Source of the DNA: Spirochaetia bacterium
Lineage (GTDB): Bacteria > Spirochaetota > Spirochaetia > UBA9216
NCBI GenBank assembly: GCA_963677925.2
Contig: CAXXYH010000004.1
Coordinates: 1,056,001-1,120,000 of the forward strand
Length of the DNA: 64,000 bases
Direction of reading: 5' to 3'
Part shown: positions 20,434 to 31,063 of the stretch, piece by piece
How the letters are laid out: the number at the start of each line of letters is the position of its first letter
How positions within the stretch are numbered: the first letter of the stretch is position 1
Notes under the pieces: model-generated
Databases searched by the model: none
The model's input: only the letters and a program-made list of their open reading frames with translations
What the model was told of the DNA's origin: nothing
Translations under genes and position numbers: made by a program

Positions 20434-21069
20434 ATGGATAATTTATTTGATCGGATATCAGAACTGAAACTTGTGCCGGTTGTAAAAATAGATAATGCCG
20501 CTGATGCGGTCAGTCTGGGACAGGCGCTGAAAGACGGAGGTCTTCCGGTTGCCGAGGTTACATTCAGAACAGCAGCGGCAGAAGAGGCTATCAGCCTGAT
20601 GGTACGTGAGCATAAGGATATGCTTATTGGTGCCGGAACAGTTCTGAATGTAAAGAATGTTGAAAAGGCAATAAATGCCGGGGCTTCATTTATTGTATCA
20701 CCCGGATTCAATCCCGAGGTTGTGGATTACTGCATTTCACGGCAGATTCCTATCGTTCCCGGTGTTACAAACCCGACACAGGTAGAAATGGGGCTCAGCC
20801 GGGGACTTGATGTCCTGAAATTTTTTCCGGCAGAGGCTGCAGGCGGTCTTAAAATGCTGAAAGCAATGGGTGCCGTTTATGAAGTAAAATACATGCCTAC
20901 AGGCGGAATTGATTCTTCGAATCTTCTGGACTACCTTGCCTATGATAAAATTCTGGCATGCGGTGGCAGCTGGATGGTGAAGGCCGATCTTATTTCAGCA
21001 GGTAAGTTTGATGAAATAACAAGGCTGACCTCGGAAGCCGTGGATCTCATTAAGACACTGAAAAAATAG
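20434..21069 (+). CDS. eda: KDPG/KHG aldolase
   Basis: AEVTFRT, GAGTV, LKFFPAE, YMPTGG. AAGGAG RBS before ATG 20434. Confidence 0.9.
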   Translation: MDNLFDRISELKLVPVVKIDNAADAVSLGQALKDGGLPVAEVTFRTAAAEEAISLMVREHKDMLIGAGTVLNVKNVEKAINAGASFIVSPGFNPEVVDYCISRQIPIVPGVTNPTQVEMGLSRGLDVLKFFPAEAAGGLKMLKAMGAVYEVKYMPTGGIDSSNLLDYLAYDKILACGGSWMVKADLISAGKFDEITRLTSEAVDLIKTLKK

Positions 21070-21085
21070 AAGTACTGAAAAATAA

Positions 21086-21143
21086 TAAAACCGGAAAGTG
21101 AGATCTCTATTAATTGAGCTTTATTCACTGTTCCGGTTTTTTA
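21086..21143. terminator. Bidirectional terminator between eda and rpiB
   Basis: AAAACCGGAA..GTGA ... TCAC..TTCCGGTTTTTT inverted repeat between convergent genes. Confidence 0.55.
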
Positions 21144-21167
21144 TGCAGAACTGATATTTCGGCAGTC

Positions 21168-21611
21168 TTATCTGTTTTCAAGGGCCATTATTTTATCAAC
21201 CCTTTTCTGATGCCGGCCGCCTTCGAATTTATTATCAAAAAATGAATCAAGCATATCCTCAATACTGTCCCTGTATTCGATTCTGCCGCCGAAGGCTATA
21301 AAGTTGGCGTTGTTATGCTCTCTTGCCATCTGTGAAGCAAAACAGTCCTGGGGAAGAGCGCAGCGTATTCCATCAATCTTGTTTGCTGAAATGGATATTC
21401 CGATTCCGGTTCCGCAGCAGACAATTCCGTAGTCATAAGCTCCGGCGAGGAATTTTGTACAGGCTTTTTCAGCCATATCGGGGTAATCTACCGAATCGGC
21501 AGTGTCGACTCCGATGTTTTCTACTTCATAGCCCTTTTTCTTAAGGTGCACAATAATCCTGTTTTTGAGTTCCACTGCTCCGTGATCGTTTCCTATTATA
21601 ACCTTCATCAT
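21168..21611 (-). CDS. rpiB: Ribose-5-phosphate isomerase B
   Basis: GNDHGA, DYPD, CGTGIG, REHNNAN, FEGGRH. Confidence 0.92.
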   Translation of the reverse strand: MMKVIIGNDHGAVELKNRIIVHLKKKGYEVENIGVDTADSVDYPDMAEKACTKFLAGAYDYGIVCCGTGIGISISANKIDGIRCALPQDCFASQMAREHNNANFIAFGGRIEYRDSIEDMLDSFFDNKFEGGRHQKRVDKIMALENR

Positions 21612-21719
21612 AACTCCTTAACTGTAATTACAGTAATACTATTCAAAAACATGCCCTTTGTCTATTTGGCGGGGATAAGGGATATTGACTGTAAATACGG
21701 GGGTTTTTATTATCAGAGT

Positions 21720-22562
21720 GTGAATAACCTCAATAATGTCTCCTACTTCAGGAATCCCGCTGTTCAAGGAATCGAGCTCTGCCTGAGCATTGATATGCAG
21801 CACTCCTTTCCGCGGCATTCGCATGAAGACTTCTATGCAGTCGGGCTGATGAACCGCGGAGGCAATTCCTGGAACGGCAGTTTTGATGAGGGTTCATTTG
21901 TAAAACCGGGAGATATCGCGGTCATCAATCCGGGGCAGGTTCACTCGGGAATCCCCAGGCCCGGAGAATGCTATACCTACACTATGATGTATATAAGCAA
22001 CGATGCGATGCAGAAGTTCAGCCGCCTTTACCAGGAAACGGCGGATGTGCTGCCTGAGTTTGAGAGTGTGATAATCAGTGACAGCGAACTTTCTGCCGGA
22101 TTCGGCAATCTTGTAAGGGTTGTCAGATCTTCAGTGGATAGTCTGGAGGCTGAAACTGCCGGACTTGAGTTTATAAGCCGGCTGATAAAGGGATATACCG
22201 CAAGCTCCGGCGGTCCCGTACCATCATCAGGAAATGTTCCGGCTTTGAGACGGGCTGCGGATCTGCTTTCATCGGAGCTCGATCGGAAAATAGGGCTGGA
22301 GGAGGCTGCTGCTGAAGCCGGGTTAAGCAGCTATCACTTCCTTAGAACATTCAAGCAGCACTACGGTGTCTCACCGCATACCTACAGGATTCAGAAAAGA
22401 CTGTCTGCAGCCGGAAGGCTTATACGAAGCGGTATGTCCTTTTCCGAGGTGGCGCTTGCCGCCGGTTTCAGTGATCAGAGCCATCTGACAAATACATTCA
22501 GAACCTATACAGGCGCTACACCCCGGCAGTATCAGAACTCGGACAGCAATTTTCTGCAATAA
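21720..22562 (+). CDS. AraC family transcriptional regulator
   Basis: FPRHSHE cupin-like domain and C-terminal AGFSDQSHLTNTF HTH. Start assigned to GTG 21720 directly behind a TTGACT-17-TATTAT promoter. Confidence 0.85.
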   Translation: MNNLNNVSYFRNPAVQGIELCLSIDMQHSFPRHSHEDFYAVGLMNRGGNSWNGSFDEGSFVKPGDIAVINPGQVHSGIPRPGECYTYTMMYISNDAMQKFSRLYQETADVLPEFESVIISDSELSAGFGNLVRVVRSSVDSLEAETAGLEFISRLIKGYTASSGGPVPSSGNVPALRRAADLLSSELDRKIGLEEAAAEAGLSSYHFLRTFKQHYGVSPHTYRIQKRLSAAGRLIRSGMSFSEVALAAGFSDQSHLTNTFRTYTGATPRQYQNSDSNFLQ

Positions 22563-22603
22563 AAAATATTAACACAATAATAGAATGCATCCTATAAAAG
22601 GCG

Positions 22604-23551
22604 ATGGAGAGACAGATGATGCAGAACAATCATAGTAAAGGCACAGTAATTTCAGTAACAGCAATAATGGCTGCTGTTATTCTCTGGGGATGCTCTTTTG
22701 TAGCCATGCGAATTGTGTTAAGGGTTCTGCCGCCTACGACCGTAGTGTTCACAAGAATGCTGACGGCGCTGATTGTCCTGCTTCCCTTTATTCGAAAACT
22801 AATACCGAAGGATTTCCGATTAGGAGACCTTAGATATATAATTCCGATGGTGCTGTTCCAGCCCTGTCTGTATTTTCTGTTTGAATCAAATGCCCTAACC
22901 CTTACAACCTCAAGCCAGGCGGGTGTTATTGCCGCTTCGGTTCCTGTTCTTGTTGCCATAGGAGCACGGTTTCTGTTCAATGAGAGGATCAGTATGTTTA
23001 CCGTTATAGGCCTCCTTCTTTCGGTCGGAGGGGTTGTTTTTCTTACTATGTTCCAGGGCCACGATGAGAAGGCCGTGAATCCGGTTATGGGCAACCTGCT
23101 GGAGGCTGCGGCTATGCTTTTTGCCGCCGGAAATATGCTTATTATCAAAAGGCTGAGCAGCCGATATAACCCCTGGACACTTACTGCATTTCAGGCTGTT
23201 GCCGGGACTCTGTTTTTTCTGCCCGGAGCTTCCGGCCTGTTGCACAGCGGAACTGCGGTCTGGACTCCCCAGCTTATTATTCTAATGGTTTTTCTGGGTA
23301 CCTTCGTAACACTCGGCGCCTTCGGTATGTATAACTGGGGAATAAGCAGGATCGATGCATCAAAGGCCTCATCATTTATCAATCTTGTGCCGGTGATTAC
23401 AATTATTACCGGCTGGCTTATACTTGGAGAGGGGCTTACACCGGTCCAAACTGCCGCAGCCGCTGTTGTTCTGGCAGGTGTTATAATCGGTCAGAACAGC
23501 AGGGTCCCTAAGTCTGGAAGCCGAAAGAAAACGGCGGCACACGCAGGCTGA
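22604..23551 (+). CDS. DMT/EamA family transporter
   Basis: About ten TM helices; LWGCSF, NLVPV and ILGE motifs; next to an AraC regulator. Confidence 0.88.
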   Translation: MERQMMQNNHSKGTVISVTAIMAAVILWGCSFVAMRIVLRVLPPTTVVFTRMLTALIVLLPFIRKLIPKDFRLGDLRYIIPMVLFQPCLYFLFESNALTLTTSSQAGVIAASVPVLVAIGARFLFNERISMFTVIGLLLSVGGVVFLTMFQGHDEKAVNPVMGNLLEAAAMLFAAGNMLIIKRLSSRYNPWTLTAFQAVAGTLFFLPGASGLLHSGTAVWTPQLIILMVFLGTFVTLGAFGMYNWGISRIDASKASSFINLVPVITIITGWLILGEGLTPVQTAAAAVVLAGVIIGQNSRVPKSGSRKKTAAHAG

Positions 23552-23607
23552 CGTCTCTTTTAATTTACAACTTGTAAAGCGGCAGCCCTGTGCCGATACT
23601 TATAGAT

Positions 23608-24717
23608 ATGAGAAAGGCTGTAATTTTTCTTTTAATGACTGCTGTACAGATCCTTCCCTCTGCGGCGCAGGACCTGAGTATAGGTGTTGAGGATCTCCGG
23701 ATCGAACAGACTATCGAAGGCGGATATTTTCTGTGGGTTAAGGCAAAGGAGGGCATAGGTTCCATCCTTTTGACCGAATCAACGGCAGATCCGCAAAAAC
23801 AGGCTGCCTCGTATGCCCTCAGGGCTCCCGAATACAACAAGTACAACGGTGATGAGAAGCGGATGCTTAACGGTGAGTTTCTCAATCCTGAAAACAAACT
23901 TTATTCACTTATCGATTCAACCCCAGAATATCTGGAAGGTTTCGGGGACGCGTTCAGAATCTTTATTCCCTACATAGTAGTCTATGGTTATTCATGGAGC
24001 CGAAGCGGTGAAATTCTGGTTGTTGACGGCACCTACCTGAGTATCAGGGCTTTCGGAAATAAGTATGCCGATTACGCAGCCGGCTTTAAAGATAATCCTT
24101 TCATAATAGCAGTTGAGCAGATTCCGCTGCCCGGACCTCCCGAGGGTAATTATATGGAAGATACCCTGGAAAGCTATGAAGAAATTGCAAAGGAAGGCCG
24201 TGGCGAGGCTATAAGATGCCTGGGTGAGGAAGATATCCTCAGGGTTCTCGGCGAGATTCTGGACGACGTAGACAGCGGCAGCCTTGATTTGGTTCTTGCC
24301 CTAGATACGACCGCCAGCATGGAAAATGATATTCCCTTCCTGAAAAGAGAGCTTGTTCCGATGCTTAAAGAGATTACAGCCGGATACAGTCATTTCCGCT
24401 TCGGGATGGTTCTGTACAGGGACTATCATGATGAATACCTTACCAGGGTCAGACCCTTTCAGTCAGATTTCAACACCGTGCAGGCGGTCTTGAACAGGAC
24501 GACAGTTTTCGGCGGAAGAGATATTCCCGAGGCTGTGCATGAAGCCCTTTATGAAGGAATACATGCCTTTTCATGGCAGGCGGAAGATCGCAAGCTGATT
24601 CTAATAGGAGATGCCCCTCCCCACGAAAGGCCGCGGGGCAAGGTTACTAAAGAAATGGTTTATGATGATGCAGAAGCTTTTGATATAGAAATAACTACTA
24701 TTATTCTTCCGCAGTAG
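23608..24717 (+). CDS. Exported VWA-domain protein
   Basis: Signal peptide; MIDAS motif LDTTASM, GGRDIPEA, IGDAPPH. Confidence 0.8.
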   Translation: MRKAVIFLLMTAVQILPSAAQDLSIGVEDLRIEQTIEGGYFLWVKAKEGIGSILLTESTADPQKQAASYALRAPEYNKYNGDEKRMLNGEFLNPENKLYSLIDSTPEYLEGFGDAFRIFIPYIVVYGYSWSRSGEILVVDGTYLSIRAFGNKYADYAAGFKDNPFIIAVEQIPLPGPPEGNYMEDTLESYEEIAKEGRGEAIRCLGEEDILRVLGEILDDVDSGSLDLVLALDTTASMENDIPFLKRELVPMLKEITAGYSHFRFGMVLYRDYHDEYLTRVRPFQSDFNTVQAVLNRTTVFGGRDIPEAVHEALYEGIHAFSWQAEDRKLILIGDAPPHERPRGKVTKEMVYDDAEAFDIEITTIILPQ

Positions 24718-25096
24718 TATTGTTAATTTTGTCGAGCATCTTCGATGACAGAACTCTCGGCCATGCAGGAAGAATTGCGGCCTCGGGTCTGCTGTACTTG
24801 TCTATTATTCCATTAAAGAGTTTTTCGGCTGTAGTTTTATCACCCATCTTGTAATAAAGGAAAGCAATTTCATATTCGGCCTCAATGATCATTATTGCAT
24901 CATCAGGATACCTTTCTATAAAAGCTTCGTAATAGGCGAGCGCTGTGGAATAGTCATCATAGTCGCTTGATGCAGTCTGGGCGAGTCTGAAGTATTCACC
25001 CGGACTGAGATTTTCATCGATTACAGTTTCGGTTGTTGTGCATGAAGCTGTTAACGCCAGCAGTACTGCTGCGGCTAATATGAATCTTCTTTTCAT
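24701..25096 (-). CDS. Small TPR-like lipoprotein (BamD/cyclic-nucleotide-binding-associated type)
   Basis: Lipobox LTASC; helical AEYEIAFLYYK repeat. Confidence 0.65.
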   Translation of the reverse strand: MKRRFILAAAVLLALTASCTTTETVIDENLSPGEYFRLAQTASSDYDDYSTALAYYEAFIERYPDDAIMIIEAEYEIAFLYYKMGDKTTAEKLFNGIIDKYSRPEAAILPAWPRVLSSKMLDKINNTTAEE

Positions 25097-25111
25097 GAAG
25101 ATATATTAGGA

Positions 25112-25444
25112 TTAATAAAGGCTTGTGTAAACCTCATCCTTGATCGGCAGTGTCTTTTTGAGTTCTTTGATAAATTCCTTGGGATCTCCCATCGGCTCAT
25201 AATGACTGCAGGAATCAGGGCTTCTTCTGGCTACGGTAAAGTATTTGTATACTTTTTCTTCTCCGAGCTTTTTCCGCCACATGCCGGCATCGCATCTTAC
25301 TCTCAGACAGTATTGTCCGCCCGCACCGGTTTTTGTTCTCACCAGTTTGCAGTGTACACAATTGGCGCAGTAGATCTTGTTTTCCGAGATAGATTCAGCT
25401 GACTCGACGATGTCATTCATCTTAGTTGCCTGAGCGGTTCCCAT
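25112..25444 (-). CDS. Cysteine-rich hypothetical protein
   Basis: CANCVHC...C...C...C; AGGGGG RBS. Confidence 0.7.
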   Translation of the reverse strand: MGTAQATKMNDIVESAESISENKIYCANCVHCKLVRTKTGAGGQYCLRVRCDAGMWRKKLGEEKVYKYFTVARRSPDSCSHYEPMGDPKEFIKELKKTLPIKDEVYTSLY

Positions 25445-25609
25445 GGAATCCCCCTTTTTTTATATTATCTACATAATTAATCGACTGTTTTAATGTATTT
25501 ATTAAGGGTTTGCTGAGCGATTTGTCAGTTAATATTGCTGATAACAAAAAACTCACGTCCATCATTTATATTATTCACATTATAGCACAAAAAAGTTATT
25601 ATCGGGGAT

Positions 25610-26317
25610 ATGATAGCAACATTTATCAATTGTCTAACAATCCTGATCGGATCAGTGATCGGGGTAAAGCTTGGAGATCGGGTTAAAACAGAGCACAATG
25701 AGGTGCTTTTTATGGGAATCGGGATGATATCCCTGGTGATCGGAATCAGAATGTGCTTTGAGTACACAAAGACCCTGTATGTGGTAATTTCTATTACCCT
25801 CGGCGGCTACATCGGCTACCTGATGAACATCGACGGAGCTATTCTGAAATTCGGCAGTTTTCTTGAAAAAAGATTCAGCCGAAAGTCATCCGAAAAAACA
25901 GGGGCCTTCGCTCACGGCTTTCTTAACGGTTCGATCCTCTTCTGCATAGGTGCAATGACGATTGTCGGTTCAATACGGGCCGGAGTTGCAAAGGAATACG
26001 ACCTGCTACTGACCAAGTCGGTAATGGACGGTATTTCATCAATCATATTCGCAGCCGGAATGGGTATAGGTGTGGCTTTTTCCATTATTACCGTACTGGT
26101 TATTCAGGGCGGACTTACCCTGCTTGCTGTATTCTTCGGCGATTTCATACCCCAGCTTGTAATTTCCGAAATATCAGGACTCGGCGGGATAATGATTATA
26201 ATGATAGGCATCAATCTTCTGAAACTGAAAGATATAAAGACTGCAAATTTTCTTCCGGCCCTGGTCCTTGTTGCACTGCTTGCGGCAATCGATCCGATTC
26301 TTCCGTTCAGTATTTAA
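25610..26317 (+). CDS. DUF554 family membrane protein
   Basis: ILFCIGAMTIVG, LLTKSVMDG, KTANFLPAL. Confidence 0.88.
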   Translation: MIATFINCLTILIGSVIGVKLGDRVKTEHNEVLFMGIGMISLVIGIRMCFEYTKTLYVVISITLGGYIGYLMNIDGAILKFGSFLEKRFSRKSSEKTGAFAHGFLNGSILFCIGAMTIVGSIRAGVAKEYDLLLTKSVMDGISSIIFAAGMGIGVAFSIITVLVIQGGLTLLAVFFGDFIPQLVISEISGLGGIMIIMIGINLLKLKDIKTANFLPALVLVALLAAIDPILPFSI

Positions 26318-26348
26318 TATGCTACATTACCAATACCTCAACATCAGT

Positions 26349-26379
26349 AAAAAAAAAGCCCCTGCGTTATGCAGAGGCT
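26349..26379 (-). terminator. Rho-independent terminator downstream of hom
   Basis: Minus strand AGCCTCTGCA-TAAC-GCAGGGGCT followed by a T run. Confidence 0.65.
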
Positions 26380-26434
26380 GAAAATTTTATTTGAAACTTC
26401 CAGTAAAACCATCCGGATTTTTTCGGAGGCTTAA

Positions 26435-27760
26435 CTATCTGTTGAATTCTTCATGCTCATCAACAATCCCGATAAATACCGGTTTTCCGCTTACTCCGCT
26501 CAGGTTCTCGATTGCAGCTACAGCCTTCCGCATACTTCCCTCACTGGTGTCGTGAGTTGTGATTACCAGAGGTACTTCCTTGCTTTTCGGTGAGGCAGGC
26601 TCCTTCTGAAGTGCCGATGCAATACTGATGTCGTGATCAGCAAGTATTGTGGCCAGTCTGCCAAGCATTCCGGGTTCATCTTCAATCATTGCTCTTAAAT
26701 AATATCTGCTTTCGAATTCCTCTACCGGAAGCTGAACGGCCGGTTCGGTCTGATCGGGCCAGATCCCCAGACTGTTGAACTGAAGCTGAGTGATGCCGAG
26801 TGCGGCTGATATAACATCAGCAACTACAGCAGAAGCCGTAGGTGAACCGCCGGCTCCGCGTCCGTAGTACATGGTATGCCCTACATTGCTTCCGTAAACG
26901 CTTACCGCGTTGAAGGGGCCTGATACCCATGCCAGCGGATGTTCCTTTGAAATAAAGGCGGGACTGATTCTGAGGCTTAAGCCATTGTCTTTTCTCTGAG
27001 CAATAGCAAGAAGTTTGACGATATAGCCCAGTTCCTGGCCGTATTTAACATCCTGAAGGTCCAGTGTATCGATTCCGTGTACCGAAATTTTACTGTAGTC
27101 GATGCTCTTTCCGAATGAAAGTGCCGACATGATTGCAAGCTTGTGAGATGAGTCTCCGCCGGTTACGTCGAGGGTCGGATCGGCTTCTGCAAGTCCGTCT
27201 CTCTGAGCATCGGCAAGAGCGTCGGCATAGCTCTGACCCTTCTGGATCATCTCTGTAAGTATGTAGTTGCATGTACCGTTAACAATACCGTAGAAGGCGT
27301 CGATTCTGTTTGCAAGAAGGCCGTCCATCAAGGCCCTGATAATGGGGATTCCCCCTCCGCATGATGCTTCAAAGCCTATTGCTGCGTTGTTTTCTCTTGC
27401 GACAGCCATCAGCTCCTGACCGTGAAGGGCAAGAAGAGCCTTGTTTGCAGTTACTACGGTTCTTCCGGTTTTGAGAATTTTCTCGGTCATGTCTTTTGCT
27501 ATTGTAGTTCCGCCGATGAGTTCCACACAGATTTTGACTTCCTCATCAGCAAGAACCTTATTTATGTCTGATTCAAAAAGAGCAGAGTCCAGACCCATTT
27601 CTTCGGCCCTGCTGAAATTGACATCAACGATATATTTCAAAAATAGTTCTTTTCCGGTTTTCTTGGTAAGGAGTTCACTGTCTTTAACAAGTAGATTTGC
27701 TGTTGCGCCGCCCACAACTCCGCAGCCTATGACGGCTACACCGATTCTTTCCGCGTTCAT
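26435..27760 (-). CDS. hom: Homoserine dehydrogenase with C-terminal ACT domain
   Basis: GCGVVG, VTANK, FEASCGGGIP, NGTCNYIL, GRGAGGSPTASAV, DEPGMLG. GGGAG RBS before ATG 27760. Confidence 0.93.
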   Translation of the reverse strand: MNAERIGVAVIGCGVVGGATANLLVKDSELLTKKTGKELFLKYIVDVNFSRAEEMGLDSALFESDINKVLADEEVKICVELIGGTTIAKDMTEKILKTGRTVVTANKALLALHGQELMAVARENNAAIGFEASCGGGIPIIRALMDGLLANRIDAFYGIVNGTCNYILTEMIQKGQSYADALADAQRDGLAEADPTLDVTGGDSSHKLAIMSALSFGKSIDYSKISVHGIDTLDLQDVKYGQELGYIVKLLAIAQRKDNGLSLRISPAFISKEHPLAWVSGPFNAVSVYGSNVGHTMYYGRGAGGSPTASAVVADVISAALGITQLQFNSLGIWPDQTEPAVQLPVEEFESRYYLRAMIEDEPGMLGRLATILADHDISIASALQKEPASPKSKEVPLVITTHDTSEGSMRKAVAAIENLSGVSGKPVFIGIVDEHEEFNR

Positions 27761-27828
27761 TATATACTCCCTGAATGCTTGTAAAAAGGCAAAGATAGAT
27801 GAGCCGATCCTATATTGAAGCAATGAAA

Positions 27829-29343
27829 TTAGTCAAGTAGCCCCGGGCTGAGAGCCTGTTCAAGGAAGTTTTCAACCAGCCTTCTGTCTGCTTCCGGCAC
27901 CTCTGCTATCTCTTTGCCACTGAAAGTTTTGAGTCTTCTCTCTCTGAAAATTTCTTTCACAAGCAGACGGTCCTGTCCGCTGATTTTCTCCTTCCGTGTT
28001 CCGGGAATTTGTGCTGTAAGAGTTTTAATCATATTTGACAGTCTTGCGAGTCTGAACGCGGTTATCAGTCCGGCTGTGGAGAGTGAGCCGTTCCAGGGCC
28101 AGGCGGAACTGCCGGCGCAGAGAAAGGGTTTGTGTTTACTGAAGGTTTCAGGATTTTCAAAACCCGGCAGGCCGGGAACGGGGTAGAACATGCTTATTCC
28201 TGTTAGGGCGGGCATGTCATGAAGAGCCAGCAGGTTTAAAGCGGTGGAATCTATAGTCTCATTTTTCATTCCGCAGATAAAGTAAACAGTGGATAGGATG
28301 TCCCGGGCCTGCAGAACTTCTGCTATTTCCTTCAGTCTCCCGGGAGTAGACGGCCTGTTCTGGGAATCCAGCATTACAGAATCTGATGAAGCCATTGAAA
28401 GGTTGAAGCTTCTGAAACCGAGATCTGTCAGCTGTTCTGCCAGTCCGGGACTCAGAAGGTTATATTCAAGCCCGTTCTCGGCGGTGAATACAGCACCAGG
28501 ATACTTTCTCCCAAGCAGTTCCAGCAGATCCAGGAAGTAGCCAGTGTCGGCAAGAAGATTGTCGTCCTCAAAATTGAAATGAAGCGGACCCTGCAGTCTT
28601 AAGGAGTTCAACAGGTTTTCAACTGCCGGAACAGGCAGTTTTCTGAACTCGCGTCCATGTACCAGGAAGTTTGAGCAGAAACTGCAGCGGTTGGGACAGC
28701 CTCTGCTTACGGAAAGCGTTACCCTGGTTATGCCCTGTTTACCCCGCCCTTCGTTCACTGCTGCTGCGGGAACAAAGGGCTGTAATGCCTTCGCTTCACA
28801 GGACCTGCCGGAAGCTCCGGCTTCATACCTTAAAAAATCGCCGAGTACGTTTTCGGCCTCACCGCATAGAACATGGTCTATATGGGGGCAGTCTCTGAAG
28901 TATGAGGGATTAACTGTTGCCCCTGCTCCGCCTGCAATTATCATGGTCTCTGGTGAAAACTTTTTAACTGCTTCGGCAAGCCTGGCCGCTGATTCGGCAT
29001 ATGCCCAGGCGAAGCATGATATGAAAAGAAAGGCGGCGCCGGAAGATTTTATCATTGCTGCACATTCATGAAAGTCGGGACCGAAACGCTGGTATTTTGT
29101 GAAAAATGACAGCGGGCCTGTTTCGTTATCAATGATATGAGGTTTTAAATGGTTTAATTCATCAGGCAGGGACTGTCTGCTGCCCCGTTTTCTGAGTGCC
29201 GGGAAATTAAAAAGCTCCGTCTCAAAACCGTACTGTTCAAGTATTGTTTTAACTGTCCGGGCGCCCAGGGCAGAGGCCCTCGAGGGTGTGAAATAAAAAT
29301 CGAATACCGGGGGGACAGCTACTGCTGCAGTAGGCTGCCGCAA
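27829..29343 (-). CDS. Radical SAM protein with N-terminal B12-binding-like domain
   Basis: SRGCPNRCSFC motif; IIAGGAGAT...GEAE typical of class B radical SAM enzymes; FEDDN. Confidence 0.8.
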   Translation of the reverse strand: MRQPTAAVAVPPVFDFYFTPSRASALGARTVKTILEQYGFETELFNFPALRKRGSRQSLPDELNHLKPHIIDNETGPLSFFTKYQRFGPDFHECAAMIKSSGAAFLFISCFAWAYAESAARLAEAVKKFSPETMIIAGGAGATVNPSYFRDCPHIDHVLCGEAENVLGDFLRYEAGASGRSCEAKALQPFVPAAAVNEGRGKQGITRVTLSVSRGCPNRCSFCSNFLVHGREFRKLPVPAVENLLNSLRLQGPLHFNFEDDNLLADTGYFLDLLELLGRKYPGAVFTAENGLEYNLLSPGLAEQLTDLGFRSFNLSMASSDSVMLDSQNRPSTPGRLKEIAEVLQARDILSTVYFICGMKNETIDSTALNLLALHDMPALTGISMFYPVPGLPGFENPETFSKHKPFLCAGSSAWPWNGSLSTAGLITAFRLARLSNMIKTLTAQIPGTRKEKISGQDRLLVKEIFRERRLKTFSGKEIAEVPEADRRLVENFLEQALSPGLLD

Positions 29344-29819
29344 GCTTTCTCGACCTCTTCAAGCAGTCTTGTATAAACATGTTCAACGCATGCTTTTATG
29401 ATTTCCTCACGGTTTCCCGGGAAAACAACCCGTTCTGTCGTCAGCTGATCCCTGAACATGAAACCTATGTCGACAGTACCGACCGGTTTTTCGGCAGTAC
29501 CCCCGTCGGGTCCTGCAACGCCGGAGACTGCAGCGTAGATATCAGCCTTGATCTGGGCTGATAAGCCTTTTAGCATTTCGGTCACTGTCTGTGAGGATAC
29601 TGCCCCGAATTCATCAAGGGTACTCTGCTGAACGCCCAGAACCGAGCGTTTTACCTCATTTGAATAGGCCGTTACTCCGCCGCGCAGAACCGCGGAAGCC
29701 CCCGGGTACTGCACAAGTTCAGATGTGAGATTGCCGGCTGTAATAGATTCGGCAAAGGCCGCTGAGATACCGGCACTGCGTGCGGTTTCAAGGAATTTAA
29801 GTGACACCGGTTTATTCAT
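29319..29819 (-). CDS. CinA/PncC family nicotinamide-nucleotide amidohydrolase
   Basis: AESITAG, PGAS, YSNEVK, SGVAGPDGGT.EKPVG; TGATG coupling with the upstream gene. Confidence 0.85.
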   Translation of the reverse strand: MNKPVSLKFLETARSAGISAAFAESITAGNLTSELVQYPGASAVLRGGVTAYSNEVKRSVLGVQQSTLDEFGAVSSQTVTEMLKGLSAQIKADIYAAVSGVAGPDGGTAEKPVGTVDIGFMFRDQLTTERVVFPGNREEIIKACVEHVYTRLLEEVEKACGSLLQQ

Positions 29820-31063
29820 CAGTTTTTCTTCTCCTGCAGCAGCCATGTTCTGAGCCGGTCAGAAACAGCCGGCATCCGGGGTGTTTCTGATATCTGATCC
29901 ATAAGCCAGGGAATGAATACCCCATCTCTTATTTCATCCCAGTCAGCCGGAAGAGAAGCCGGTACGCGGAGGTATTCTGAAGGGGGAATCAGACCTATCA
30001 GCCTTGTATAATATTCCGGAATAACCTTTTCGTTTATTTCGCTTATGGTAGAGAGCCCGTCGCATATACCGAAAACCCTTAGTCTTTTAAACTGAGCTGA
30101 TTCAAGCAGGGTTCTCTGCGTGTCGGCCGAGAGCATCCAGACCAGAAAAGCCTCGGCGGTTTTCTTTTTGGATGATTCTTTAGGAATTCCAATATAGTTT
30201 ATATCATCACAGACCGGTATGAACCCGTCGCCGCCGAACCATTTAAACTCAAGGCTTGTACGCTCTTCAGCAGGAATGCTCAGAAAATCACGAAGTGTTG
30301 TGAAAGAAAAGCCTATGCGTTCGGCATTGAGCAGTTTATATCCGGGATCATAGCAGTAGGTAAGGGTGAAATCTGTTTCCTCGGCGTATCCGGAATTGAG
30401 ATTCTCGGTCCAGTCCCGGCAGAACTCCGCAGAGGCTGTAAGATTATCGTTGTTCCAGATAGTGGAGCCGTCTGCAGTTTCCCCATAGGAGGTGCCCTGG
30501 ATTACCGAGTTGTAGTATATGAAGTCCTCAGACCAGGATGGAACAAATCCTTTTACCCTGAATCTGTCGGTGGATTTTGAATTGAAATCTCCGGCAATAC
30601 TTTTCATCTGTTCGGGGGTTATTATCAGTGCAGAGTCTCCTGTATCAACAGCTCCCTGACGATACATCACTGCCGGAAGATTGAAGGATACAGGCAGAAC
30701 ATAGGGTTCACCCTCTCTTGTGCCTGTTGCATACAGAGGCTGGTATAGTGTCGAGGGATCAAAAAGCTCTTTTTCAATCAGCTTTGTAAGCGGGTTGAAT
30801 GCTGTTATTACAGTGTTTGATGCCAGATTCCGGGAAATCACTATATCAGGAGCATTCTGTGAATTCAGGGTTCTGCTGTCCCAGGGCTGTTCCGAGTATA
30901 CAAGTTCAATCCTGTATTCTGACTGGGATGCATTGAAGATCTCCACATAGGCAGCAACTTCCGGTCGGTCGGTGCTTAGAATGGCTGTCTTGTTGTCTAT
31001 CAGAAAACAGCCGGTAAGCATCATTACGTTGAGTGTTAAAAAAGCAAATATGAGTCTTTTCAT
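29819..31063 (-). CDS. Extracellular solute-binding lipoprotein
   Basis: Lipobox LTGC; PDIV, YVLPVSFNLP, AEAFLVWMLSADTQ. Confidence 0.7.
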   Translation of the reverse strand: MKRLIFAFLTLNVMMLTGCFLIDNKTAILSTDRPEVAAYVEIFNASQSEYRIELVYSEQPWDSRTLNSQNAPDIVISRNLASNTVITAFNPLTKLIEKELFDPSTLYQPLYATGTREGEPYVLPVSFNLPAVMYRQGAVDTGDSALIITPEQMKSIAGDFNSKSTDRFRVKGFVPSWSEDFIYYNSVIQGTSYGETADGSTIWNNDNLTASAEFCRDWTENLNSGYAEETDFTLTYCYDPGYKLLNAERIGFSFTTLRDFLSIPAEERTSLEFKWFGGDGFIPVCDDINYIGIPKESSKKKTAEAFLVWMLSADTQRTLLESAQFKRLRVFGICDGLSTISEINEKVIPEYYTRLIGLIPPSEYLRVPASLPADWDEIRDGVFIPWLMDQISETPRMPAVSDRLRTWLLQEKKN

